Below, one piece after another: positions 1 to 9,123 of a stretch of 64,000 nt of DNA. Every line of letters starts with the position of its first letter. The stretch's first letter is position 1. Under the pieces are notes generated by a model. It was given only the letters and a program-made list of their open reading frames with translations. It was not told where the DNA came from and ran no database searches. The position numbers were made by a program, and so were the translations under genes. This DNA comes from Candidatus Latescibacterota bacterium (GTDB lineage: Bacteria > Latescibacterota > UBA2968 > UBA8231), in assembly GCA_965248355.1 (NCBI GenBank), contig OZ252098.1:2432001-2496000 (forward strand), in the 5' to 3' direction.

Positions 1-347
1 GGCGGGTCCGGCGGCGGCAGGTAACGGCCGGGGGCATCAGGGTCGGCGGCGTACTCGAAGACCCGTTCGCCTTGAAGGATGCGGACCCGGGCGTCGGACA
101 CCCCCGCCGCCTCGCTGTCGTAAGCGATGTCGGGGGCCAGGCTACGCCGCACGAACAGCTCGGGCAGGTCCTGGTCGACCAGCAGCAGGGCGTCGACCAC
201 CAGGTCGCTGTCCTCCTCCGCCGAGCCGAAGAGACTCCCCGGCTGGCGCTCGGCGGAGCACGCCGCCAGGCACAGGAGAAGCGGCAAGCAGCGCCCGGCG
301 AGCTGAATCGGCCAGCCGAGCCGTGACGGGAAAGATTCAGGGGTCAT
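1..347 (-). CDS. Lipoprotein partner of the TonB-dependent receptor (DUF4249-like), 5' part; runs off the window
   Basis: Not in the ORF track. Own translation from ATG 347: MTPESFPSRLGWPIQLAGRCLPLLLCLAAC-SAERQ...LVVDALLLVDQDLPELFVRRS...VSDARVRI...GRY. It has a lipobox (LAAC) and lies 10 bp downstream of the receptor gene. Confidence 0.65.
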   Translation of the reverse strand, partial: MTPESFPSRLGWPIQLAGRCLPLLLCLAACSAERQPGSLFGSAEEDSDLVVDALLLVDQDLPELFVRRSLAPDIAYDSEAAGVSDARVRILQGERVFEYAADPDAPGRYLPPPDP

Positions 348-356
348 GGGCGATCC

Positions 357-2639
357 TCAGAAGGCGAAGTTCAAGCCCAGGGTCGGCACGATGGGCAGCT
401 GCGGGACCACCTCCGCCTTGGTCTCGGATTCTTCAGTTTCGTACAGCACGAACCACTCGTTGCGCCGGCTGTAGAGGTTGAAGACCTGCAGGTAGATCTC
501 GGATTCAAGGCCCCACAGCGTCAGGTCGCGGGTGGCGCTGACGTCGAGGCGGTGGTAGGGCAGCAGGCGGGCGCTGTTGCGCCGCGACGGCAGCACGTGG
601 TCATACGCGACCCCGGTGGTCGGCTCGCGCAGTGAGTAGCGCACCGAGGCGGGGGTGAAGGCCTGCCCCGTGGCGTAGACGAGGTTGGAGCCCAGGCGCC
701 ATTTCCCGGCCCGGTAGGAGAGCACGAAGGAGAGGTCGTGGCGGCGGTCGTACTTGGGCGGGAAGGCGCGTCCCTGGTTCAGCTCCGGGAAGGTGCGCCG
801 CGTCCAGCCCAGGGTGTAGCCCGCCCAGCCGGTGAGAGCTCCCGAGCGCCGCTGCAGGAAGAGCTCGACCCCGCTGGCCCAGCCGGTGCCGCCGCTGAGG
901 AAGATGTCCTCGGAGCGCGCGGCTTCGCTGTCGGCGGCCACGGCGATGTCCAGCACCACGAGGTTCGCCAGGTCCGTGTAGTAGCCCTCCACCGTGAACT
1001 GGTATTGCCGCGACGGGTTCCACTCCGCGCCTGCCACCCCCTGCCAGGAGCGCCCCGGCTCGACGCTGTCGTCCAGGGGCACCCAGATGTCACCGCCGCT
1101 GAAGGTCTCCGTGGTGATCAGCTGCAGGTACTGCCGGTACATCCCCCCGGCGAGCTTGACGCGGACCTTCTCGGTGAGGGCCCGGCTGAGGGAGAGACGC
1201 GGGCTGAAGTGCAGGCGGTTGCCTTCGCTGAACCAGGTGCCCCGCCCCCCGAGCCGCAGGCGGGTGACCGGATCGGCCTGCCACTGGTCCTGCACGTAGG
1301 CCGAGATCAGCCCCGAGCCCTGGCGCAGGTCGTCCTGCTCCTCGCGGTTGAAGATCTGGGAAAAGTGGAACCTGAACAGGGTGGCCAGGAAGCCGATGGT
1401 GAGGGTGTGGTCTCGATGGGCGAAGTAGTCGAGGTCGCCCTTGAGAGAAAGGTCGCGGATGCTGTTGACGACTGTGAAGGGGGTGCTGAACACGCTGAAG
1501 TCGATGACGCTCCTGTAGTACGAGCCGGCCGCCATGAAGTGGCCGAAGAGATCGGGCGAGAACACCCGCGTCCAGCGCGCCGTCACTGCGCGGTTGCCCC
1601 AGCGCAGGTCGGCGAAGGACTCCTCCTCTTCTTCCTGGCCGGTGCTCACCGTGTCAACACTGGACTCCTCTTCCCTGAAGAACTCGGCCCGAAGGTCGTC
1701 CTGGCCCCAGTAGGTGCTCAGCGTGAAGGTGTCGTCCCCGCGCCGCTGGTTGATCTTGCCGTTGAAGTCGTAGAAGTAGTAACCGAGGGGGATGTCGACG
1801 TCGAAGGCGCGGATGGTGCCGAAGACGGGCTCCAGGTAGGTGCGGCGGCCGGCCGCCATCCACGAGCCGCCGTCGATCGGTCCCTCGGCCAGCAGGCGGC
1901 TGGAGATGAGACTGATGCCGCCGCGGCCGCTGAAGCGCTGCCGGTTGCCCTCGCGGTTGCTCACGTCGAGGACGGCCCCGAGGGTGCGGCCGTACGGCGC
2001 CGGGTAGGCCCCCTTGTAGAGCTGCACGTCCTTGATGGCGTCGGGGTTGAAGGTGGAGAAGAACCCGAAGAGGTGGGAGGGGTTGTACAGGGGGATGTGG
2101 TCGAGGAGGATGGCCGTCTGGTCAGGACCCCCGCCGCGCACATAGAGACCGCTGCTGAAGTCGGAGGCGGACTGGATGCCCGGCAGCAGTTGCAGGCTGC
2201 GCAGCAGGTCGGCCTCGCCCATGGCCGGCATCTGCTGCAGGGGCTCCACCTGCAGGGCGATGAAGCTGCTCTGGGTGGCCTGCTCCCGCTCTTCCTCGCG
2301 CTCGGCCTCCACGACCACCACCTCCTCCCGGAAGGGCCGCGAAACCAGGGACCAGCTGCGCCGCACGTCGGTGCCGGCCTCGAAGCGCAGCGTGTCCCGG
2401 AGGGCCTCGAATCCCACGTGGGAGGCGGTGACCACGTACTCGCCGTCCGGCACCTGCTTGACGGCGTAGTAGCCGCTGCTGTTGCACTGCGCGCCCAGGC
2501 GGACCCCCTCCACGACCACGGCCGCCAGGGGCAGGGCCTCGCCGTTGTCCGCGTCGGTCACGAACCCGCTCAGGGTGGCCGCCCGCACGGCTCCGGCGGC
2601 CAGCAGCCAGAGCGCGGCTATCCGTGCGATCGCTCTCAT
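357..2639 (-). CDS. TonB-dependent receptor with N-terminal carboxypeptidase-regulatory-like domain
   Basis: Signal peptide MRAIARIAALWLLAAGAVRA; 'SGFVTDADNGEALP'; plug motifs 'LQLLPGIQ...GLYVRGGGPDQ' and 'HLFGFFSTFNPDAIKDVQLYKG'; terminal F. Start trimmed from the 3845 ORF. Confidence 0.92.
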   Translation of the reverse strand: MRAIARIAALWLLAAGAVRAATLSGFVTDADNGEALPLAAVVVEGVRLGAQCNSSGYYAVKQVPDGEYVVTASHVGFEALRDTLRFEAGTDVRRSWSLVSRPFREEVVVVEAEREEEREQATQSSFIALQVEPLQQMPAMGEADLLRSLQLLPGIQSASDFSSGLYVRGGGPDQTAILLDHIPLYNPSHLFGFFSTFNPDAIKDVQLYKGAYPAPYGRTLGAVLDVSNREGNRQRFSGRGGISLISSRLLAEGPIDGGSWMAAGRRTYLEPVFGTIRAFDVDIPLGYYFYDFNGKINQRRGDDTFTLSTYWGQDDLRAEFFREEESSVDTVSTGQEEEEESFADLRWGNRAVTARWTRVFSPDLFGHFMAAGSYYRSVIDFSVFSTPFTVVNSIRDLSLKGDLDYFAHRDHTLTIGFLATLFRFHFSQIFNREEQDDLRQGSGLISAYVQDQWQADPVTRLRLGGRGTWFSEGNRLHFSPRLSLSRALTEKVRVKLAGGMYRQYLQLITTETFSGGDIWVPLDDSVEPGRSWQGVAGAEWNPSRQYQFTVEGYYTDLANLVVLDIAVAADSEAARSEDIFLSGGTGWASGVELFLQRRSGALTGWAGYTLGWTRRTFPELNQGRAFPPKYDRRHDLSFVLSYRAGKWRLGSNLVYATGQAFTPASVRYSLREPTTGVAYDHVLPSRRNSARLLPYHRLDVSATRDLTLWGLESEIYLQVFNLYSRRNEWFVLYETEESETKAEVVPQLPIVPTLGLNFAF

Positions 2640-2719
2640 TCGTCTCCGCAATGGAGTGGAGCCCCGGGCGGGGCGGTATTCAAGACGAAGGTCGGCGGAG
2701 GCGGGTTCCTCGCCGGGGC

Positions 2720-3040
2720 CTACTCGGGAGGCAGCGCCTCCTCGATCCAATTGAAGCAGGCCACGGCGGAAGGCATGCCGATGGTGCCGGCCGCCAGGGC
2801 CACCACCTGCTCGACCTCCTCGCGGGTGATTCCCATGGCCGCCGCCTTGCGGACTCCCGAGCGCACGGCGCCGGTGCGCATGGCGCCCATGGCCACGCCC
2901 AGCTTGACGAGGCGGCGGGTGCGGGCGTCCAGGGGGCCCTCCTGCTCGGCCTCGCCGATCAGGTCCCAGGCCTTGCCCAGCTTGGGGTAGCGGCCGATGA
3001 AGTTGCGGTAGCTCTCGGGGGGCTTGCCGGCGCTCGACAC
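2720..3040 (-). CDS. Carboxymuconolactone decarboxylase / AhpD-like protein
   Basis: 'GPLDARTRRLVKLGVAMG...GITREEVEQVVALAAGTIGMP'. GTG start after a GAGGAAGG RBS; the ORF track starts it at 3079. Confidence 0.85.
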   Translation of the reverse strand: MSSAGKPPESYRNFIGRYPKLGKAWDLIGEAEQEGPLDARTRRLVKLGVAMGAMRTGAVRSGVRKAAAMGITREEVEQVVALAAGTIGMPSAVACFNWIEEALPPE

Positions 3041-3148
3041 GGGGGCCTTCCTCGTTTCTGGGATCGCATAAACTCCCAAAGCACGGTCTCAGCGCGATTG
3101 CGGTCCAGGCGTCCGACCGCACTACCGGCGGCCGCAGCCCTCCCGGCG

Positions 3149-4234
3149 CTACCGGGCGCCGATCCCCTCCAGGTACTCCACCTGCTTCTTCCGCTTCTGC
3201 TCGCGGCCGACGGCCAGGGCCGTGCGCCCCCGGCCGTCCCTGGCGTTCACCTTCGCGCCGAAGTCGACGAGCATCTTCAGCATCTCCACCCGGCAGCCGT
3301 AGCGCACCGCCGCGTGCAGGGCGGTCTCGCCCTCGGCGCTGCCGATGTCGTTGGGGTCCACCCCCTTCTCCAGGAACCAGCGGGCGCCGTGGACGCTGCG
3401 GCCGTGCATGCAGCAGCCCAGGGGCGTGTAGCCGCCGTGATGCTCGGTCCCGCGCTGATCGTTCAGATCGACGCCGCGCTCGACGAGCAGGTCGAGGACA
3501 TCGAAGGCGCGGTCCTGGGCGGCGTGGTTCAGGGTGTCGCCGTCCTGGATCCCGGCGCCGGCGTCGAGCAGGTAGCCGACCAGCTCCACGTTCCGGGAGC
3601 CGATGGCGGAATCCAGCCCGTCGTCGGGCCGGGCCCCGGCCTCGACCAGGGCCCGCGCCACGGCCACGTACGCCTGCGGCTGCGCGCCGGAGCCGGCGGG
3701 CCGGGACTGGGCGCAATAGCGGAGGGGCGTCCAGCCGTTGGCCTCGTCGGCGGCCGTGGCCTGGGCGGGATCCTTCTGCAGCAGTGTCCGGACCCGCCGC
3801 GCGTCGGCCATGACGCAGGCGTTGTAGATGTCGTTGGTCGTGCACCCCTTCAGCAGCGGCACGAACTGTCCCTCGCCGCCGCGCACGGCCAAGGCCAGGG
3901 GCGTCAGCTGCGCGTGGGAGCCGCGCCGGTCGGGGTCGGCGCCGTGCTTCAGCAGCAGCTCCACCAGCTCCACGTGCCGGGGGCCGCGGGGCGCCGTCTG
4001 CTTGTGCTCCACGGTGCGGTGCAGGGGCCGGTAGTGGTGGGCGGACTTCGACTTGATGTTCGGGTCGGCGCCGTGCCTCAGCAGGTATTCCACGGCCTCC
4101 ACCTGCCCCTCGAAGCAGGCGTCCATGATCGGCTGCCAGTCCCGCGCCAGGGGCGGGTCGGCCTCGACCATGGCCTTCATCTTCTTCAGGTCGCCGTCGG
4201 CGGCGGCGAGGGCCAGTCTCTTTGCAGGTCTCAT
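3149..4234 (-). CDS. Ankyrin repeat protein
   Basis: Repeated ankyrin motifs: 'VEYLLRHGADPN', 'TPLALAV', 'GWTPLRYCA', 'GETALHAAV', 'GRTALAVG'. Confidence 0.92.
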   Translation of the reverse strand: MRPAKRLALAAADGDLKKMKAMVEADPPLARDWQPIMDACFEGQVEAVEYLLRHGADPNIKSKSAHHYRPLHRTVEHKQTAPRGPRHVELVELLLKHGADPDRRGSHAQLTPLALAVRGGEGQFVPLLKGCTTNDIYNACVMADARRVRTLLQKDPAQATAADEANGWTPLRYCAQSRPAGSGAQPQAYVAVARALVEAGARPDDGLDSAIGSRNVELVGYLLDAGAGIQDGDTLNHAAQDRAFDVLDLLVERGVDLNDQRGTEHHGGYTPLGCCMHGRSVHGARWFLEKGVDPNDIGSAEGETALHAAVRYGCRVEMLKMLVDFGAKVNARDGRGRTALAVGREQKRKKQVEYLEGIGAR

Positions 4235-4564
4235 CCTGACAGATTCAGCCTGGTTGAGGTGAGCTTTCGGCACCCCGGCCGGGACGCGCGTGCTACAGCC
4301 ATCCGGGGGCGCGCTGTTCCGGTGGCCCGAAGCCCCCGGCTCGGCGGCATAAGGTGGCCCGGGATCCGCCGGCGTGCAACATTCAGCGGCCTGCGCCCGC
4401 GGCCTTGGCCGCCCTCCACCCATCTGCCGGGACCCGTGTTCCATGACGCCAACCTTCGGCTGCGCGCCCAAAGGTCCGGCCGGCCCTTCGACGGCCGGTC
4501 CGGGTGAGAGCGGTCCGCGCGTCGAGGCCCCTCGGAACCCGCGCCTCCGGCGGAGGCCCCGGAC

Positions 4565-5395
4565 ATGACCGGCCCCTGGCGACCCGTCGAGACGGGCGGC
4601 GTCGAGGAGGCCCTGACGGACGGGCGGGATCCCCTGCGCCGCCTCGTCGAGGCCGGGATCCCCGCCATCATCCTGCGGGGCGCCTACCCGGCCTCGGCCT
4701 GCGCCGGCCTCGTGCGCCGCTTCATCGAGCGGGGCCTGATGCGGGACCCGGGAAAGCCGGCCCCGCCCGATGCCCCGGTGCGCATCGACATCGGCACCAG
4801 CCTCGGCAACCTCGGTCACGACCAGCCGGCGTTCTTCGCCCACGCCCGCGAGACCCACGAGCTGTTCTCCACCCTCTTCGACGGCTTCCCCGATCCGGTG
4901 GACCGCCTCTACGGCGTCCTGCGACGGCTGGCCGGCAACAAGCAGGTGATCACCGCCCGCGAGCCGGACGGCCGCCTCTACGGTCCGGCGATCTTCCGCA
5001 TCCACTACGACAGTCAGTTCTACCCCCCCCACATCGATCACGTGGTGCTGCGGGAGAAGCGCTTCAACTACGCGGTGAGCCGCTACCCGGTGCAGCTCGC
5101 CGGCGTCCTGTGCCTGCAGAACGCGGCCAGCACGGCAACGACCCAGGCCATCCTGCACCAGTGTCCCTGGTCGGAGGAGGTGCAGCCCCACCTGGCCGCC
5201 GACACCTACCCCGAGTACGCCCGGCGGCAAGGGCTGGGCCACGGCCGCGTGGAGCTGGAGCCGGGAGACCTCTACTTCTTCAACACCGGCCTGGTGCACG
5301 AAGTGCCGGCCGTCGTCGGGGACTCGCCCAGGATCGTGCTCGCCGTGTTCATCGGCTACGGCGCCGGCGAACGGGAGATCTTCGTCTGGTCGTGA
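4565..5395 (+). CDS. Putative 2OG-Fe(II) oxygenase superfamily protein
   Basis: HxD (PPHIDH), 'LEPGDLYFFN', distal His (LVHEV) and downstream Arg (SPRIV). Confidence 0.7.
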   Translation: MTGPWRPVETGGVEEALTDGRDPLRRLVEAGIPAIILRGAYPASACAGLVRRFIERGLMRDPGKPAPPDAPVRIDIGTSLGNLGHDQPAFFAHARETHELFSTLFDGFPDPVDRLYGVLRRLAGNKQVITAREPDGRLYGPAIFRIHYDSQFYPPHIDHVVLREKRFNYAVSRYPVQLAGVLCLQNAASTATTQAILHQCPWSEEVQPHLAADTYPEYARRQGLGHGRVELEPGDLYFFNTGLVHEVPAVVGDSPRIVLAVFIGYGAGEREIFVWS

Positions 5396-5477
5396 GGCCC
5401 CCTTGTCGCTCCCGCAACCTCCCCCTATCTTCCTCCCATTCAACGAGTTTCCAACCCTTCAAGGAGCCCTCCCCGTC

Positions 5478-5720
5478 ATGCCGAACTTCAGCGTCGAGCT
5501 GTCCGACGACGAGCCTTTCGAGCGCGCCCTGCGCCGCTTCACCTCCAAGACCAAGCGCACGGGTCTGATGCGCGACATCAAGCGCAAGCGCTTCTACACC
5601 AAGCCGTCGGTGCAGAAGAAGCTCGACCTGCAGAAGAGCATTCGCCGCCGCAAGAAGGCCGAGCGCATCGCCCGGCTGGCCGATATGGGTCTCGACCGCC
5701 GGGGCCGCAAGCGCCAATAG
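5478..5720 (+). CDS. rpsU: 30S ribosomal protein S21
   Basis: 'EPFERALRRF...GLMRDIKRKRFYTKPS'; AAGGAG RBS upstream. Confidence 0.93.
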   Translation: MPNFSVELSDDEPFERALRRFTSKTKRTGLMRDIKRKRFYTKPSVQKKLDLQKSIRRRKKAERIARLADMGLDRRGRKRQ

Positions 5721-5747
5721 CTCCTCCCCCCGCAGCGCAGGTCCCCC

Positions 5748-5787
5748 ATCGCGGCGCCGGAGTCTCCCGGGGCCGCGATTCGCTTTT
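5748..5787. terminator. GC-rich hairpin between convergent rpsU and rnd
   Basis: ATCGCGGC-GCCGG...CCGG-GGCCGCGAT stem followed by CGCTTTT. Confidence 0.55.
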
Positions 5788-5799
5788 CCGGCCGCCGCC

Positions 5800-6909
5800 T
5801 CAAGGCCGGTGGAACTCGGCGGCCACCTCCTCCCCCACCAGCGCCCAGCGCCAGCCGCCGGCCAGGCGGTTGTGTCCCGCCTCCTTCTCCGGACCCTCCC
5901 GCACCAGGGATCGGACCTCGCCCCGCGTCGCCACCAGCCCCGGATCGATGCCCCGCTCCGAGGCGCGCTCCTTGACGCGCTCGGAGGCCGCCCGGGAGCG
6001 CATCTCCAGGGCGTGGCCGTGGCGGATCCGGGGAAGGCCGCAGGGCCAGGCCCCGGGCTCCAGCTCGAGCCCCGCCCGCACGGCCCGCAGGAGGGCCTCG
6101 CCACGGGTCCTGAGATGTCGTCTCAGGCTCCGGATCTCTTGCAGGTCCTCCATCTCCGATGGCTGCCGGTGCGCCAACAGGAGCAGCAGCTTGTCCGAAG
6201 CCACCTGCCCCCGAGGCCGGTCCAGCTCCCGCGCCTCCGCCTCCCGCCAGGCCGCCAGCTCGCGCAGCACCGCCAGCTCCCGGCGTCCGAGCTTCCCGTA
6301 GCCCTTGACCCGCCGGAAGGCCTCCCGCGGATCCCGCTCCTCGTAGAGGGCCGGATCGTCGAGGCCGGCCATCTCCTCCTGCAGCCAGTCCTCGACGCCG
6401 GCGGCTTCCGCCCGGCGGAGGAGCTCCTCGCGGGCGTCCACCAGGTAGCGCACGTCGTCCTCGGCGTACCCGGTCTGCGTGCCCGTGAGGGGCCGCCGCA
6501 GCCAGTCGGTGCGCGTCTCCGTCTTCTCCAGCTCGACCCCGAACAGCTCCTGCAGCAGGTCGCGCAAGGAGACGGTGTGCGGCAGGCCGGCGAAGCCGGC
6601 GGCGATGCGGGTGTCGAAGATGCGGCGAGGCGACGCCCCGGTCGCCGCGCGCAGAACGGTCAGGTCCTGCAACGCGTCGTGGAGGATCTTCACGGTGGAG
6701 CCGGCCAGCAGCTCCCCGAGCGGCCCGAGCCGCCCCTCGAGGGCGACGGCGTCCACCAGGTGGCAGGCGTCGGGCCCCAAGCCGAGCTGGATGACGCCCA
6801 GGGCCGGGTAGAAGGTGCGCTCCCAGACCATCTCCACGTCGATGGCCGCGCACCCCAGCCGGCGCGCCTCGTCGAGCCGTTCGGCCAGGCCCTGCTCGTC
6901 ATCGATCAA
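5800..6909 (-). CDS. rnd: Ribonuclease D (3'-5' exonuclease + HRDC)
   Basis: 'AIDVEMVWERTFYPALGVIQL', 'KILHDALQDL', 'FDTRIAA', 'TDWLRRPLT...YAEDDV', HRDC 'LAAWREAEARELDRP'. TTG start after AGGGAG. Confidence 0.9.
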   Translation of the reverse strand: MIDDEQGLAERLDEARRLGCAAIDVEMVWERTFYPALGVIQLGLGPDACHLVDAVALEGRLGPLGELLAGSTVKILHDALQDLTVLRAATGASPRRIFDTRIAAGFAGLPHTVSLRDLLQELFGVELEKTETRTDWLRRPLTGTQTGYAEDDVRYLVDAREELLRRAEAAGVEDWLQEEMAGLDDPALYEERDPREAFRRVKGYGKLGRRELAVLRELAAWREAEARELDRPRGQVASDKLLLLLAHRQPSEMEDLQEIRSLRRHLRTRGEALLRAVRAGLELEPGAWPCGLPRIRHGHALEMRSRAASERVKERASERGIDPGLVATRGEVRSLVREGPEKEAGHNRLAGGWRWALVGEEVAAEFHRP

Positions 6910-7007
6910 GTCTTTCTCCCTGCGGCAAAGCCGCGGACCAGTCCGTAGTATTGAGCCGCGAACGCGGCCCACCTTCCGATTCCCCGCAACCAACCCGAGA
7001 ACCCGCC

Positions 7008-7997
7008 ATGGAACCCAGACCCGACTGGCTCGCCCAGGTAAGCGAAGAGATCCTCGAGCCGGATCTTCCCATCGTCGACCCCCACCACCACTTCTGGGTG
7101 GAGAGCAGCTTCGGCCGCTACCTGCTCGACGACCTGTGGGCCGACACCGGCGCCGGGCACCGGGTGGAGCGCACCGTCTTCCTGGAGTGCCGCGCCGAGT
7201 ACCTGCGGGAGGGTCCGCAGGCGATGCGGCCGGTGGGCGAGACCCGCTTCGTCGCCGGTCTGGCCGCGGAGACCGCCGCCGGCCCCGAGGGCGCGGCCCG
7301 GGTGGGAGCGATCGTCGGCCACGCCGATCTGCTGCTGGGCGCCGCCGTGGAGGAGGTCCTGCACGCCCACCTGGAGACCAGCGGCCTCTTCCGCGGCATC
7401 CGGCACGCGGCCAGCTGGGACCGGGGGCTGAGCCCTTCCGGCCCAGGGGGCGGCCGCTACCTGGACCCGGCCTTCCGCGAAGGCTTCGCCAGGCTCGGTC
7501 CGCTGGGTCTGAGCTTCGACGCCTGGATCTACCACTCGCAGATCCCCGACCTCGTGGACCTGGCCCGGGCCTTTCCGGGAACCACCATCGTCCTCGACCA
7601 TCTCGGCGGCCCCCTGGGCACCGGCCCCTACGAGAACCGCCGAGAGGAGGTCTTCGAGGTCTGGCGCGGCCACATGGAGAGCCTGAGCCGCTGTCCCAAC
7701 GTGAACGTCAAGGTCGGGGGCATCGCCATGCCCCTGAACGGCTTCGGCTGGCACGAACGCGACCGGCCGCCCGGCTCGGAGGAGCTGGCCGAGGCGGACC
7801 GGCGCTGGTGCCTGCACGCCATCGAGACCTTCGGCCCCGGCCGCTGCATGTTCGAGAGCAACTTCCCCGTCGACAAGGTCTCGGTCTCCTACCCGGTGCT
7901 CTGGAACGCCTTCAAGCGCATCGCCGCCGGGCTCTCCGCCGCCGACAAGGAGGCCCTCTTCCGGGGCACCGCCTCGAGGGTCTACCGGCTCGATTAG
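7008..7997 (+). CDS. Amidohydrolase_2 family protein
   Basis: 'PIVDPHHHFW', 'IVLDHLGGP', 'FGPGRCMFESNFPVD'. Confidence 0.9.
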   Translation: MEPRPDWLAQVSEEILEPDLPIVDPHHHFWVESSFGRYLLDDLWADTGAGHRVERTVFLECRAEYLREGPQAMRPVGETRFVAGLAAETAAGPEGAARVGAIVGHADLLLGAAVEEVLHAHLETSGLFRGIRHAASWDRGLSPSGPGGGRYLDPAFREGFARLGPLGLSFDAWIYHSQIPDLVDLARAFPGTTIVLDHLGGPLGTGPYENRREEVFEVWRGHMESLSRCPNVNVKVGGIAMPLNGFGWHERDRPPGSEELAEADRRWCLHAIETFGPGRCMFESNFPVDKVSVSYPVLWNAFKRIAAGLSAADKEALFRGTASRVYRLD

Positions 7998-9115
7998 AAC
8001 CGGTCCGGCCACCACATGTGCGCCACGCGCAGCGGGAAGAGTCCGCGAGCCACCTCCAGGGCCGCCCGGGAGCCGCGCATCAGGCCCGCCACCGCGGCGT
8101 CGTCGGCGCCGCGGTAGCCCATGGCCAGCTGGAACAGCACCGCCTGATCGGGGACCCGCAAGCGGGGTTCGTCCGCCGGGGGCCGGCCTTCCACGTGCAC
8201 GCTGCCGTCACGGCGGCGGCGCAGGGCCACGGCACCCAGATCGGTGTGCAGGGCGATCCCGTTCAGGCCGTCCGCCGGCCACCTCCGCTCCCACTCCGGA
8301 ACCATGGCCGAGATGAACCCCGGCAGGTCGATGATGCGGCCCATGGGGCCGGCGTTGCGGGGGTACACGGTCTCGTCCCGGGCGCCGAATCCGCGGCCGT
8401 ACAGGGCGAAGGGGTGATCCACCGGCACGCTGGCCGAGACCCGCCCGAGCCGCAGGGCGAGAGCCCGCCGGGCCAGGAACCTGAGGATGGCGCCATTCAC
8501 CTCGGCGCCCTGCCCGGCGACCTCGGCGAGACGGCTGCGGTCGGACTCGTCGTCGTAGAGGAAATAGCCGAGCACCCGCTGCGGCGCTCCGTCGCGGTGG
8601 ACCACGCGGGCGGCGCCGGCCACACCGAATCCGGAGCCCATGGGGAAGCCCTGCCACTTCCGGTCGCGCACCACCGAGGCGGTGCGCCCGGCGTTGGCGG
8701 CCCCGTAGAGCCGCCGCACAGCGGCCAGGTCCCCAGTGCGCATGGGCCGCGTCTTCAGCGGCGAGACGGCGCGCCGGGCGTCGGCCGCGGCCAGGGACAG
8801 ACCGTGCTCCGGCATGCAGGTGGCGAAGCCGGCGCGGTGGTAGAAGTCCTCGATGCCGAACAGGAAGGAGCTCTCGTAGCCTTCGTCCGCCATCAGCTGC
8901 AGCGACCGCTGCAGGACGCGCAGCGCCAGGCCGCGCCGGCGATGGGCGGGGTCCGTGCCGACGCCGGCGATCCCCCCGACGCGGACCACGGCGGACCCGA
9001 TGCGCATGCGCCGGTCCGTGATCCACAGCCGCGAGACCGACCGGCCCCGGTGGAGGATCTCCACCTTCCAGCCCGTCCCGCCGGCCCGCTCCACCCGGGG
9101 CTCGGCGTAGCTCAC
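7994..9115 (-). CDS. GNAT family N-acetyltransferase (Eis-like)
   Basis: 'VGGIAGVGTDPAHRRRGLA', 'FYHRAGF'; tandem GNAT plus a C-terminal SCP-like region. Confidence 0.85.
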   Translation of the reverse strand: MSYAEPRVERAGGTGWKVEILHRGRSVSRLWITDRRMRIGSAVVRVGGIAGVGTDPAHRRRGLALRVLQRSLQLMADEGYESSFLFGIEDFYHRAGFATCMPEHGLSLAAADARRAVSPLKTRPMRTGDLAAVRRLYGAANAGRTASVVRDRKWQGFPMGSGFGVAGAARVVHRDGAPQRVLGYFLYDDESDRSRLAEVAGQGAEVNGAILRFLARRALALRLGRVSASVPVDHPFALYGRGFGARDETVYPRNAGPMGRIIDLPGFISAMVPEWERRWPADGLNGIALHTDLGAVALRRRRDGSVHVEGRPPADEPRLRVPDQAVLFQLAMGYRGADDAAVAGLMRGSRAALEVARGLFPLRVAHMWWPDRF

Positions 9116-9123
9116 CCCCCGGG

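Noticed and set aside
4235..4564. Riboswitch or ncRNA in the divergent intergenic region
   Set aside because: GC-rich stems are present but no recognisable family motif.
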